A DNA stretch of 63,522 nucleotides, filler included, from Basidiobolus ranarum (taxonomy: Eukaryota): assembly GCA_040143965.1 (NCBI GenBank). It is 41 parts of 41 records of this genome, joined end to end, with 100 filler letters (N's around TTAATTAATTAA, not from the genome) between each part and the next. Parts side by side here need not be neighbours in the genome. Positions count along the whole stretch, not along the records: positions 49,703 to 51,150 come from JASJQH010005154.1; positions 51,251 to 52,697 come from JASJQH010005155.1; positions 52,798 to 54,244 come from JASJQH010005156.1; positions 54,345 to 55,791 come from JASJQH010005157.1; positions 55,892 to 57,338 come from JASJQH010005158.1; positions 57,439 to 58,884 come from JASJQH010005159.1; positions 58,985 to 60,430 come from JASJQH010005160.1; positions 60,531 to 61,976 come from JASJQH010005161.1; 33 more parts are not named here. The stretch is one strand, 5' to 3'. Positions 49,703 through 62,076 of the stretch are shown here, piece by piece. Position numbers and translations under genes: made by a program. The notes under the pieces are model-generated. The model was not told where the DNA came from and made no database searches. It saw only the letters and a list, made by a program, of their open reading frames with translations. Within the stretch, counting starts at the first letter, position 1, and each line of letters begins with the position of its first letter.

Positions 49703-51150
49703 ATAGGTGAAAATTTGAGGTGATTTGGAGTAGTTTTGAGAAAACAGTGAAAATTGGTAAAGGTGATCTAATTGATATTGATATTAATTAGGGCAATAAA
49801 CTCACAGTTTTGAATGGCAGAGTTGAGAGCTAAATAATCAGAATATGAATAAACAAACTACTAAATAATGAGTTGCTATTGGCCTAATTCCAACATTGAC
49901 ACTCAACTAACTATTTTGTATTCTCTTAAACCTAACTTATGCCTTAATTATTCAAATTGTGCTTTAGCTAAAGGTTTGGTCAAGACTGAAGCAATCATTT
50001 TCTCTGTAGGGCAATAGAGAAGTTCAATTGAATCATGCTCTACTGCTTCTGTGACAAAACAATGTCAAATATCCATGTGTTTTGTTCTAGCAAGAAATGT
50101 AGGGTTTTAGCTAATGAAATGCAGCTTTGATTATCTTCAAATACAGTAATAACATATTTTTGCATGTATCCAAATTCTGTAAATAACTTTCTTAACCACA
50201 TACCTTCTGGATTTTAGCTAAACACATAGATATATGTTTTGTGCTAGCATGAAATGTACCATTTATAGCTAATCAAATGCAACTTTATTATCTTCAAACA
50301 AAGTAATAACACATTTTTGCATCTATCCTAAGTCTGTAAATAACTTCCTTAAGCACATTGCTTCTTGTGCAGTAGCAGAGGCAGCCATATATTCTGCTTC
50401 TGTAGTGGGGAGTGCTATGGTTGGTTTTTTCTTACTATTCTAAGTTATGGCTCCTTGACCATGAAGAAAAATATACCCAGTTGTTGATCTTTTGTCATCA
50501 AGGTTTCTCACCCAGTCTGCTTCACTGTAGCCTTTAAAAATTTGTGCATGAGGAGTGCCAAAATAATCCAGAACTAGAGTTGCAGTTTCTCTCAAGTACC
50601 GCAATATTTTTTTTACTGCCGTTTTGTGATCAGATCCTTAATTTTTGTTAAATTGGATGACAGTTTACACTGCCACAGTAATATCTGGATATGTTTCAAC
50701 CATTGTATACATTAAACTACCAACCATGGACTGCTAAGGGAACTCCTTGATTTGATTTGAGTCTTCCTGGGCCAAATCAGACAAAATTTTCTACGCCCCA
50801 TTTAACAGCTTTTTCACCAGTTTTGGCCCAGTTGGCATGCTGCAAATGTAATTTGTTGATTTTAGCTTGTACTAGTATTGAGTCTTGATCTCAGTAGCTA
50901 ACTTGGTATTATTCTGATCTGTAATAGCCCATCCAGCCTTGACAAACACAAAATTTAGTTCTTGAGCTGTTGCTTGGCTTGTGGAGTGCAGTTACTTGGC
51001 TATATTTGGTACATGAAGTACATTATCCAATCTTGCAGTTGGTTTAGCTGAATTTTGGTTGAAATTGAGCACAACTGTGCCCTTACCAACTGCATCTAGT
51101 GCATAGTCATCATCTAAGTAGATTTTCCATGCTTGGATTGGTTTTAAGCT
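49703..51150 (-). mobile_element. Internally deleted/duplicated Copia pol plus 3' LTR
   Basis: Protease-region HVPNIAK, RT tail, partly duplicated RNase H, LTR start at ~49895. Confidence 0.85.
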
Positions 51151-51789
51151 NNNNNNNNNNNNNNNNNNNNNNNNNNNNNNNNNNNNNNNNNNNNTTAATT
51201 AATTAANNNNNNNNNNNNNNNNNNNNNNNNNNNNNNNNNNNNNNNNNNNNGACTTCTTGGTGAGATAGATGGAGATACGCAGTATTATTGTTTTAGCCAA
51301 GGGGTAATCTATTCAAGCAATGACACATCTACTTGTGGCAGGACATTTGTTGACTGCAAGTTGGGGATATATTGGCTCCATTCTTTACAGAAATTTGCCA
51401 AAATCCAAGAACTTATTCTCACTGTGAATGGTAACAAGAGTCAGCTATATGCCAAGTGTCAGTGCTATTCAAAATTTCAGATGTTTAGCAATTTTTGCAC
51501 TGTTAGTTTGCTGGTAAAGCATATTGATGTTGTTGAGCTATGTCCAATCAGTCAAATATGTGCAAATGTAGAGACTAAACACAACAAGATTCTTGTATTT
51601 TTTGATTCTCATTATGGCTAGAATACAAAGCCTATAATATCTAAATAAAGGCATGCATATTAATTTGAATTCCTACAGCAGTAAATCCAGTAATTTGCCC
51701 TTCAAAAATTATATGTTTGCAAAAATTGCTGGTTATTGAATAATGCATGCCAAATAGATCCAGATCAAATTGATTTTATTTTTGTTAGG

Positions 51790-52590
51790 CCATATTTTTG
51801 ATGGGTTTCAGACATCATTGGGCAAGGTTTTTCTGGGCAGGCTTCATGAAAATCCTGGCAAAGTTCCTTTGAGTTGGACAGACTTGGTGCTGGCTTGCAT
51901 GATTGTTCATTTATTGAGTATCCCTTGCAGTCCACCAAATATTTCAATTTATGTTGATAAATTCTAGAATCTAGAATTTTGCTAACTTCATATTCAGAGT
52001 GTTCTTAAACTTGAATTACTGAGGATGGTTAATGAATTGGCCTTGAAAGATATTTCTGGAATGTGGCTCTAGGAGAGACATATGGAATAAATTTTGGACT
52101 TGGAAATGGTCTGGGAGTTTGAGGTGGATGGCTATTAAATTGATTTGCTTAATAATCTTAAATGGCTGTAATCTTTTCTGATCAAGTTTGTCACAAGGTC
52201 TAGTGGATTGGATATTGTGACAGCTTAGACATACATAATCTCCTGACTTGAGATCTGGGTTGGCTTTCTTTTCTTATCATCAAAGTTCCTGTATTGGGAT
52301 TGAGCATGCACCAACTTGTATATTAAATGTTTATGGATGTCTCTAAGGAAAGTGGTGTAATCTGAGGCAGCAGGGCAAGGTAGATTGGATGGTGGGTGAA
52401 TTGTGAAGCAAGGATGGAATCCATAATTTGCAAAGAAGGGAGTTTGTTTTGTTGAGATATGATAGCAGTTGTAAGCAAATTCAGCAAGAGGCAAGAGTTG
52501 TGTCCAATTATCCTGATTATCATTGATAGTGCATCACAAATATTGTTCTGAAACTTGTGTGACTCTCTCTGTTTGGCCATCAGATTGGTG
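51790..52590 (-). mobile_element. Ty3/Gypsy chromovirus integrase C-terminus with chromodomain
   Basis: LPLAEFAYN..KQTPFFANYGFHP; KYLVDCKGYSINEQSCKPA (decayed YLV.WKGY...SWEP). Confidence 0.88.
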
Positions 52591-52831
52591 TATTGGGAAA
52601 ATATGGGCTGTTTGGAGGAACTTTAGAAAAGTGGAGTTGTGAATAGCTTTGTGAGATAATTATTTATTGACCAGAAATTAAGCATTTATACATTTTGNNN
52701 NNNNNNNNNNNNNNNNNNNNNNNNNNNNNNNNNNNNNNNNNTTAATTAATTAANNNNNNNNNNNNNNNNNNNNNNNNNNNNNNNNNNNNNNNNNNNNTGA
52801 ATAGCATCGTATTGATACTTGGATACATATC

Positions 52832-52904
52832 GCCCGGCTAGCTCAATCGGTAGAGCGTAAGACTCTTAATCTTAAGGTTGTGGGTTCGACCCCCACGTTG
52901 GGTG
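52832..52904 (+). tRNA. tRNA-Lys(CTT)
   Basis: Full cloverleaf, TAAGA-CT-CTT-AA-TCTTA, downstream oligo-T terminator. Confidence 0.96.
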
Positions 52905-53023
52905 ACTCTTTTACTTTTTTCTCATATATTTATTGGCCATTTGTTAGGTCTTTTATAATGTATTATTGTCCTCAAATGGAAGATACGAAAGAATGAATAG
53001 ACTGGACTACTTATTCACTATAC

Positions 53024-53095
53024 GGACGTATAGCTCAGTGGTAGAGCAATTGACTGCAGATCAATAGGTCGGTGGTTCAAATCCGCCTGCGTCCT
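53024..53095 (+). tRNA. tRNA-Cys(GCA)
   Basis: ATTGA-CT-GCA-GA-TCAAT, U73 discriminator, T5 terminator. Confidence 0.96.
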
Positions 53096-53223
53096 CTTTT
53101 TCCGGATTCAAACTACTCATTTGATAAAACTCTTTTATTATTGAGAAAAGAGATATCGGTGGCTCGAGACGTTTGTAATTGTAAAGGAGAAACACTGTGG
53201 ACGATTCCACCGGTTAATCAAAA

Positions 53224-53296
53224 TGGAGGACCTGGGTATCGATCCCAGTGCCTCTCGCATGCTAAGCGAGCGCTCTACCATCTGAGCTAGACCCCC
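53224..53296 (-). tRNA. tRNA-Ala(AGC)
   Basis: CTCGC-TT-AGC-AT-GCGAG; G3:U70 identity pair; ATCGATA T-loop typical of eukaryotic Ala. Confidence 0.95.
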
Positions 53297-53644
53297 AATA
53301 TATCATTTCACTTGATCATCAGCTTATACTGCATTTTCTAATAGTTATAATGGTTGGAGTGTAAGTATCTGTGGAAAATAACATACACACTGTGTATAAG
53401 ATTTTACACTTTGTCATGGATCATCTCATTTTATCAGCTAGCTGTGCTTCAGGTATTTAGTGATTCAGATATATCACAGCCGAATTCATTTCCAACTATA
53501 TCTGATTAAAAGAAAGTCGAGAATGGCCTTCATGCCCGAAGACTGCAACACTGAGCACATTGCTGGTTCTGAATATCGGATTTAAACTTGCTCTTTGTTT
53601 GTATTAAAATATACTGTTAAATACACATAGCACATAGTAATATC

Positions 53645-53716
53645 GGCTCAATGGTTTAGTGGTATAATTCTCCCTTAGGGTGGGAGAGGTCCTGGGTTCA
53701 ATTCCCAGTTGAGCCC
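53645..53716 (+). tRNA. tRNA-Pro(AGG)
   Basis: GGCTCAA/TTGAGCC acceptor, CTCCC-TT-AGG-GT-GGGAG, oligo-T terminator. Confidence 0.95.
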
Positions 53717-54061
53717 TTTTCTTTTTCCTCTATAAGCTTAGGCAAGCATAATATGGAGCTTTAGCCCATTCATTCAATGGAATATTGGCAACTTTATGGT
53801 GAAGAGACTTGGATTTAACTACTAGATTGCACCCGAAGACAATTTAAGTATTGTACTAGTTGAAATGTACATTGCAAATAACCTGAAACTGACTGATATA
53901 TATGCATAACTGCTCTAGTGATTTCGCACCGAGATTATGCATATAGTATAATTGTTCAAATATATCTGTGAGTAAAAAATTCAGAAGTATTAGTAATTTA
54001 AACCAATTCCCATGCAACATTCATCATTATAAATGAGGTCGGCACACATTACGGAAACCTT

Positions 54062-54244
54062 ACAATCCTCTCAGGCCTTTTGGCTAAGATCAAGTGTAGT
54101 ATCTGTTCTTTTCAGCTTAATATCTGAAACACTGGACATAGTCCAGTTCGATATTAAACTTATTTTTGAACAACGGGTGACAAGTCCCTGCTTGCACACT
54201 TGTCTGCCCACAGGTGTCCCTAGTATTGCACTACCTCTAGGTGA
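54062..54244 (+). ncRNA. U2: U2 spliceosomal snRNA (3' end cut by the contig end; 5' start approximate)
   Basis: GGCCTTTTGGCTAAGATCAAGTGTAGTATCTGTTCTT, Sm site ATTTTTG, stem-loop IV loop ATTGCAC. Confidence 0.97.
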
Positions 54245-54519
54245 NNNNNNNNNNNNNNNNNNNNNNNNNNNNNNNNNNNNNNNNNNNNTTAATTAATTAA
54301 NNNNNNNNNNNNNNNNNNNNNNNNNNNNNNNNNNNNNNNNNNNNGTGGGATAGTGCCATATTGTTCCTTATAGTGTCCGATCGAGTGTTATAGGACCCAG
54401 CCATGGTAATTGACAGATCGCGCCAGATGGTGTACTAGCAGGCTGGATCGAGCGGAACGATCTGACCTGGTCCGATGGAACAAGTCTATAGATCAACAAA
54501 TGCACAAAAAACATAACTA

Positions 54520-57255
54520 GAATTTTACACATTTACCACTTGAACACTAATTTGTCACCTTTGACATCCCCAGTTACTTACTCCTTGAGTATTTCTTTAG
54601 CTGCTTTTCTTTGTTTTCCAAGATGATGATTGTGTACATTTTGAGATGTTTCATAAATAGGCTTATACTAGCCCAATTACAATTTGTTTGCAAAAACCCA
54701 TGATAGACCACATGAAATGAGTCAAGAACCTTCATAGCAATGCCAGGTCTTTGGTTTATCCATGATTGGCTTAAATTGAGTTGATTTTGCCCAAGATTCT
54801 GCATAGTTTCCAAAATGTTAAACTACCCATCATTGGAGCAAGTGATGGCAGCTCTGACATTCAAAATTCTTTTGGTTTTCTGGTTTTCCTTTGAGATTTC
54901 TACTTTCATATGCCCAAGCAATTTTGGGTTGTTTTGTAGCCTTAATGGTCCAACATATGTTCTGCCCTACTAGATTGTCACAGTGATATTCATATGTATG
55001 CTGTGGGGTTGATTGAAATCTCATATGCAAACGGACAGAGAGAGCCACATGTTGCTGTAGCTCTAGTCCACCATTCCAAAGGTGTTGGATCATTGTGGAC
55101 TGACTCTCTAACTGTTAATTAGCAGCTCCAGAATGCTGCATTGATTTCAATATTGTGACATCATTGCTTGTCATGGCCTGTATAGCTACTATGTAGTTTT
55201 CACTTATTATCATACACAAATCATACAGTGTTCCACCAGAGATTCTCTTGTTGTAATAGTTTAATACAATTTTTTATAGAAGGGTGTACAATAGTTGGCA
55301 ATGTAGGCATTTTGTAGGTTGATGGTCTTGACAGTGTTTCTGCTGAACTTTGCCCAACTATTCATTTACTAGGTGATTGGGGGACTACAATCTCTTCACA
55401 TGCACTATTGCTGGAAAGGAACACATATGATAAATGATTAATGCTTCATCTATCTTGAGTTAATTTCTGGCATGTTAATGCCTTCCAAAGGGGATAGTGG
55501 ATTCCTAGACTGCTCATCAATTAAGCCCTCTGTTCTTGTGGGTTTTTTTCCTTTTGTGCCTGCAGGTATTTGCTTGGAAGCCAATTTGAATTTAGATTTT
55601 GAATGCTTTTGAATGACATTCAAATTTTCTGAAGATAAACTTGGTATAATGAAATTGCTTAGAAACAGCTTATAGCATATCAAAATTGCCATCCATTATT
55701 AGAAGTATCTGGTAAATCCCCTGATGACTCATCTGTGACACTGTCTCAGAATTAGCTGATGATATTGATGGGATATACATAAGATTCCACCNNNNNNNNN
55801 NNNNNNNNNNNNNNNNNNNNNNNNNNNNNNNNNNNTTAATTAATTAANNNNNNNNNNNNNNNNNNNNNNNNNNNNNNNNNNNNNNNNNNNNTATATAATA
55901 TATGTTCCGATTTTCAGCTAAGTGATATTTGACTAAGTAATGTTAACTAACTTATATGTGATATATGAAATAGTTAGGTGTATAAAGATAGAGATAACAA
56001 ATATGATAAAGACAATAAACTTCAACAAATCAGACTGAACATCAAGATAAAAGTTCTTCTTCTGAAGCCACTTTCTGCATACTTGCACTGCAATTTTCTC
56101 TCCATATTTCCAAAAAAACTCCTTAAGCACTTTTACTATTTTTATATATTCTTGCAGTGTGACACTACTGAGGGTGCTTTGAAGTGTTTGTATAACTTTT
56201 TCTTTGTGTTTAGCTTTGGGGCTAATTTCGACACTTTGAAGAGTACCAGTTGAGGTTGGAGAACCATGAGTTTAATTTGCTGGTGTTTTGGCTTGTTGAG
56301 AGATGCCAGGTGTTGGATAAACTTCCAAATTAGGCACTCTTCCAACTGGTATAGCTGGTTCCAAAGTGAAAGTAAGCTTTTTTGCCAACACATCTGACTT
56401 GGGAAATACAGATCTTTGTAATGGTGGGAAGGATTTGGTAAGTGGAACAGTAGAGCCTACACTCACTGGCTCCTTTGCTTTTTCCTTGGCCCTAACAAAA
56501 ATGAAATTGATTTGATCCCAATTGGATCCATACTTCTAAGTTTTAAAACCATCACCAAACTGTCACTATATTGGTTGCTTGCATTCTTCCAGGGATTTTG
56601 ATGGTGTGACGGTGGTTTCTTGATGGTATTCAGATAGTCTTATGAGAGTATTCATACATGTTCAAATATTTATCCTCATATTTGGCATGGCTTGTATTCT
56701 GCCTGGGATTTTGATGGTGTGACAGTGGTTTTGTGATGGTGTTTTGATGGTATTCATACATGTTAAAATGTTGATCCTCCTGTTTGGCATGTGTTACTAA
56801 TTTCTGGCAACTTTTGCAAAAATATAATTTTCAAATGGCAAATTACTGGTTTTACTGCTGTAGGAATTCTAATTAATATGCATGCCTTTATTTAGATATT
56901 TTAGGCTTTGTATTCCAGCCATAATGAGATCAAAAAATACAAGAATCTTGTTGTGTTTAATCTCTACATATACACATACATGACTGATCAGAAATAACCC
57001 AACAGAAGCAATATGCTTCACCAGCAAAGTAATGGTGGAAAATTGCTAAACATCCAAAATTTCAAATAGCACTGACACTTGGCAAATAGCTGACTCTTGT
57101 TACTGTTCACAATGAGAACAAGCTCTTGGATTTTGGCAAATTTCCGTAAAGAATTCAGCCAATATAACCCCAACTTGCCATCAGCAAATGTCATGCCACG
57201 AGTAGATATGTCATTACTTGAAAGAATTACCCCATGGGTAAAACTATAATACTGT
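54520..57255 (-). mobile_element. CMC/EnSpm fragments, nested (two separate contigs)
   Basis: Accessory-ORF homology; terminus CCCTAACAAAAAT at 56490; transposase C-terminus at ~56900-57255. Confidence 0.8.
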
Positions 57256-57479
57256 GTTGTAGTTGTTTTAGGGTGTAAGCAGCAACTATAACTGCAATAT
57301 CCTAAGGGTTTTGTGAGGTGTCCAAAGGGTGCAATAACNNNNNNNNNNNNNNNNNNNNNNNNNNNNNNNNNNNNNNNNNNNNTTAATTAATTAANNNNNN
57401 NNNNNNNNNNNNNNNNNNNNNNNNNNNNNNNNNNNNNNTGAAACTAACAAAACCTATGGTTCATAAGCTCCCACCCAAA

Positions 57480-58200
57480 TACTAAGCCTTTGCTGATATC
57501 TTTGACAAGAAGAAATCTGATATACTCCCAGCTCCCCACCCATATGTTTGCCCTATAAATATACAAGAAGGAAAACAAACACATTTGGGCCTATATATGG
57601 GCTGACCCAGCCAGAATTCAACATTCCAAAAGAGTACATTGCAGAAAATGTGGAGAGAGGATTTTTCCAACATTCAAAGTCCCTGGCAGGCTCTCCAATC
57701 TTATTTGTTAAGAAAAAGGATGGATCACTCTGTCTCTGTGCTGATCATCAAGGCCTAAATAGCTTTACAGTCAAAATTGGTACCCATTGCCATTAATCAA
57801 CTCACTATTGGATCAGCTTGCTTTGGCTAAGGTGTTTACAAAGATTGATCTAAGAAGTGCTTACAATCTTGTAAGAATCAAACCAGCAGACCTATGGAAA
57901 ACTGCCTTTTGAACTTGCTATGGACACTTTGAATACAATGTCATACCATTTGGACTTACCAACGCCCCTGCAGTCTTTTAACACATGATGAATGCTATTT
58001 TCAGAGAGTATCTTGACCAATTTGTGGTAATCTACCTTGATGATATCTTGGTCTTCTCAAGCTCTCAAGAAGAACATAATATTATGTTTGCCAAGTCCTA
58101 GAAAAGTTGAAAACCTCTGGGCTCTATACTAAACTTGAGAAATGTGAATTTGATCAAGCTCAAGTTGAATTCCTTGGATATAACATCAGCTCATCAGGCA
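57480..58200 (+). mobile_element. Degenerate Ty3/Gypsy reverse transcriptase
   Basis: [54 protein letters not shown]. Confidence 0.95.
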
Positions 58201-58202
58201 TT

Positions 58203-58884
58203 ATTGGGAAAATATGGGCTGCTTGGAGGAACTTTAGACAAGTGGAGCTGTCAATAGCTTTGTGAGATAATTATTTATTGTCCAGAAATAAAGCATTTAT
58301 ACAGTGTGGTGAAAATACAGAAAACTAACACTGGGGTTGTGTTCAGAACATCTGTGGGAGTAAAATGAGCTATCTTCGGGGCAATTTGTACTAGTTTAAA
58401 ATCTCCAATATGGAATTGATAATTCTCACATTATTCATATATATATTTATAATATATGTTCCAATTTTCAGTTAAGTGATATTTGACTAAGTAATGTTAA
58501 CTAACTTTTATGTGATATATGAAATAGTCAGGTGTATAAAGATAGAGATAACAAATATGATAAAGACAATAAACTCAACACTCCCACTCAACTAAATATT
58601 TATATATCTCAATCCTGACTTCAATCTTAATTCCTCAAATTTTGGCTTGGGTAATGGTGTGGTAAGGATATTAGCAATCATGTCCTCAGTTGGACAGTAC
58701 TCCAGTTGGACGTGCTTATTCTCAATAGCTTCCCTAACAAAGTGATGTTGAATATCAATGTGCTTACTCCTAGCATGAAATTTCGGATTTTTAGCTAATG
58801 AAATACAACTTTGATTATCTTTAAAAATTATGGTGGGTGAACTTTGAGAAATGCCCAAGTCTTTAAAGAGTTTCCTTAGCCACA
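58203..58884 (-). mobile_element. Copia RNase H, PPT and complete 3' LTR inserted in the Gypsy RT
   Basis: FHARSKHIDIQHHFVRE; GAGTGGGAG then TGTTGAG at 58580. Confidence 0.9.
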
Positions 58885-61111
58885 NNNNNNNNNNNNNNNN
58901 NNNNNNNNNNNNNNNNNNNNNNNNNNNNTTAATTAATTAANNNNNNNNNNNNNNNNNNNNNNNNNNNNNNNNNNNNNNNNNNNNTCCTTACTGTGACAAG
59001 GACATTGAAGCCAGTGTATTAGACTTGTTCCATCAGACCAGGTCAGATCCTGCTGCTCAATCCAGCCTGCTAGTACACCATCTGGCACAATCTGTCAATT
59101 ATCATGGCTGGATCCTATAACACTTGATCGGACACTATAAGGACCAATATGGAACTATCCCACTACAATTGTACATGGTAATTTTTTTGGAGATATTGTG
59201 CCAGCCTGTACTAAGTTACCCAATTTAGTATTGCCTTATTAAGATTTTGGGTAACAGACAAAGCAAGTTCATCCCCTGGTTTGTAACTTACAAATTCCTG
59301 AATATGTAACAATAAGCCATTTATACTGCAACTTACCCAATCAAATGCATAAGCAAGACATTCTCATGTTTTAGGCCAATCAGTTGTCTCACACTAACAC
59401 AGTATCCTGATTTTCAATGGGGCCCAACCACCCCTGCATTACAAAACACCTGTAGTTCTGGCACACAGGTAACCAATCACAACACTCAATGATGGATCAA
59501 TCTGCAGTATGATAGTAATGATCAGGATCACTTGATTCATCATTTTTAGATCAGCAAATTATTCATTCAATCATGTCAGCTTCTAATTGGGTGAGAATGT
59601 GAACAGATTGAGCCATATCAAGCCAATACGGCTGCACAAGTTTTCTATTGACAGACATTTTGCATTGAATTGCAGTGAAATCACTAGTAAGAATAGGCTA
59701 TCCTTGATTTTTTTGATAATTGACAATTTCATGCTATCAGTGTTTCATAACAAGATAAGCAATTGTGATCCAACTAAATCAATTTTTGCTGTATATAACT
59801 GCAATATAAATTGATTTTGCATGATGTGCTAAACAGTAAAGATAGGATAATGTGAGTATTAACCAGAGTATTCAGCAGTTGCCTTGGTTTCAAGAGGTAC
59901 ATGCTGATTTGCTTCTGTTTTTTTTTGTTATATCCTTAATACTTCCATGGAAGGAACTTTGGTTGAACCTCTGCACTGAGTTGGTTGGTTTGATCCTGCT
60001 GAAGTTCCTCTACCTTGGCCAGCATGATTTGTGGCTTGAATTTGATGTGCTCTGGTATGCATAGGCTTGTTCAGTCTAGTTTGTGGTTTGTTTGCATCTA
60101 TAGTCTCTTCTTCTGATGTGGAGCCTTAACTTAATGGGTCAACCAAGGGTCACAATCAGGAACTGGACAAGGACTGGAAAGAATGACAAGAGGCTAGAAG
60201 GCAGGAGAGTACTTGGGTGTAGAACACAAGACAAGACAAGACAAGACTGGACAAGGAAGAGACTTTGGCAAGAATCTTTATTGATAACTGGCATTGATCA
60301 GACTGAGGTCTGATCAAGGAATACATGGTGCTTATATAGATATTGCAAGGTGAAACATAATATACTGAATAGGGAATATACTGTGGCAAGTTTGAGAGTT
60401 GGGGTATTAGGGACTACAAGGACCAATACANNNNNNNNNNNNNNNNNNNNNNNNNNNNNNNNNNNNNNNNNNNNTTAATTAATTAANNNNNNNNNNNNNN
60501 NNNNNNNNNNNNNNNNNNNNNNNNNNNNNNAAAGAAGTGAACTTTATTTATTGTAATACTGAAAACATGCTTGCAGATATACTAACAAAACCACTCAAAA
60601 CCTCAAGCTTTGAGAAGTTAAGAGCAGGAATAGGCATTAGTCAGTATAAGTGTAATGCTGAATAAGAATTAAGGGAAGGTGTTGGATAATTAATCTTTAT
60701 TTAACATCATTGTTAACTTCAGTTATGATACATACATCAGAAACAGAGAGCAATGTATCTATAGCCCCTATATTCTAAATAGAAGTATCTCTATAACTAT
60801 ATAACAAGTAGGTCTTATTACCCCCACTTATCTATTATATCTTATTACATCAACTCCTGAATATCACAAACAATTGATTGACTTTTCTACTATATAAGTC
60901 ACCATATACTCATAAGAATAAAGTAACTAAAAACACACTATCATAAGTTGCTTCTAATACTCAAAGTCTACCCCCATGATGTCAAGATCCTGCAACTATT
61001 TCCACCAAAATGTATATTTGCTTAAGTTCTGGTCAATAAATAGTTATCTCACATAGCTATTCACAACTCCACTTTTCTAGAGTTCCTCCAAACAGCCCAT
61101 ATTTTCCCAAT

Positions 61112-61976
61112 AATAATCAGGTCCAACATAGCTAAATCTCCTATGCCATGGTACAATAGTTTCTTGATTGGAATAATTTATATTTAAACACAAACCTCTT
61201 GGATTGTATGTAAGTTTGTATAAGTTCTGATCCTTTTCTTTCAAAGCTAAATAATTCTGATTTTGATCAGTGATGGTGCATCCTGACTTATCAAAATTGA
61301 TTTTTTGCCCTTCTGAGGTGGCCTTGCATACAGACATTAAATTCTTGGCACTATCTGGGACATGTAGTACATTCTTAATAGTATACACTTTCTCTTCAGA
61401 AGCTCCAGTTAAAGTTACTAGAATAGTTCCCTTTCCAATGGCATCCAATGTGTGGTCATCTCCTATGAAAACATTTCTAATTGGGATTTCTTCATAATCC
61501 ACAAACCAATGTTCTTCATATGTGAAATGTTGGGAAGCTCCAGAATCAATATACCACATCTGAGAATTTGTTGGCAGTCATAGATAGAGTGGATATGACC
61601 AAATGATCTTCTGTTGTAGCCATATTCCAGATTTGGTGTGCTTTTCTTCTTTAGCAATTATTTTAAAGCAATCTTTGCTTATATGGCCAATTCTTTTACA
61701 GTAATCACATAATGTGTTGCTTTTCTTCTTAAAGTGCTTTTGGCCTTTGGAAGAAGGTTTCTCACAGCCTATTAAAGTATTTTCTTCATTCTTTTAGTTG
61801 GATATCAATTTGCATAAATCTTTATCCAGAAGTCTTTGAATAAATGTTTAATAGTTGAATTTTCGGTTCTTGATTTTAGAGCTAATACTAGGCTCTGAAA
61901 CTTATGTGGTTGGCTATTCAGGACTGCAACTATGATATCTTGATCAGTGGTAAATTCTCCAATGCATTCTATTTCA
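61112..61976 (-). mobile_element. Copia gag zinc knuckle-protease fragment
   Basis: CDYCKRIGHISKDC, WYIDSGASQH, VLHVPDSAKNLMSV, WHRRFSY. Confidence 0.92.
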
Positions 61977-62076
61977 NNNNNNNNNNNNNNNNNNNNNNNN
62001 NNNNNNNNNNNNNNNNNNNNTTAATTAATTAANNNNNNNNNNNNNNNNNNNNNNNNNNNNNNNNNNNNNNNNNNNN

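Noticed and set aside
54033-54296. 87-aa ORF (and 53072-53290)
   Set aside because: These overlap U2 snRNA and tRNA genes; spurious.
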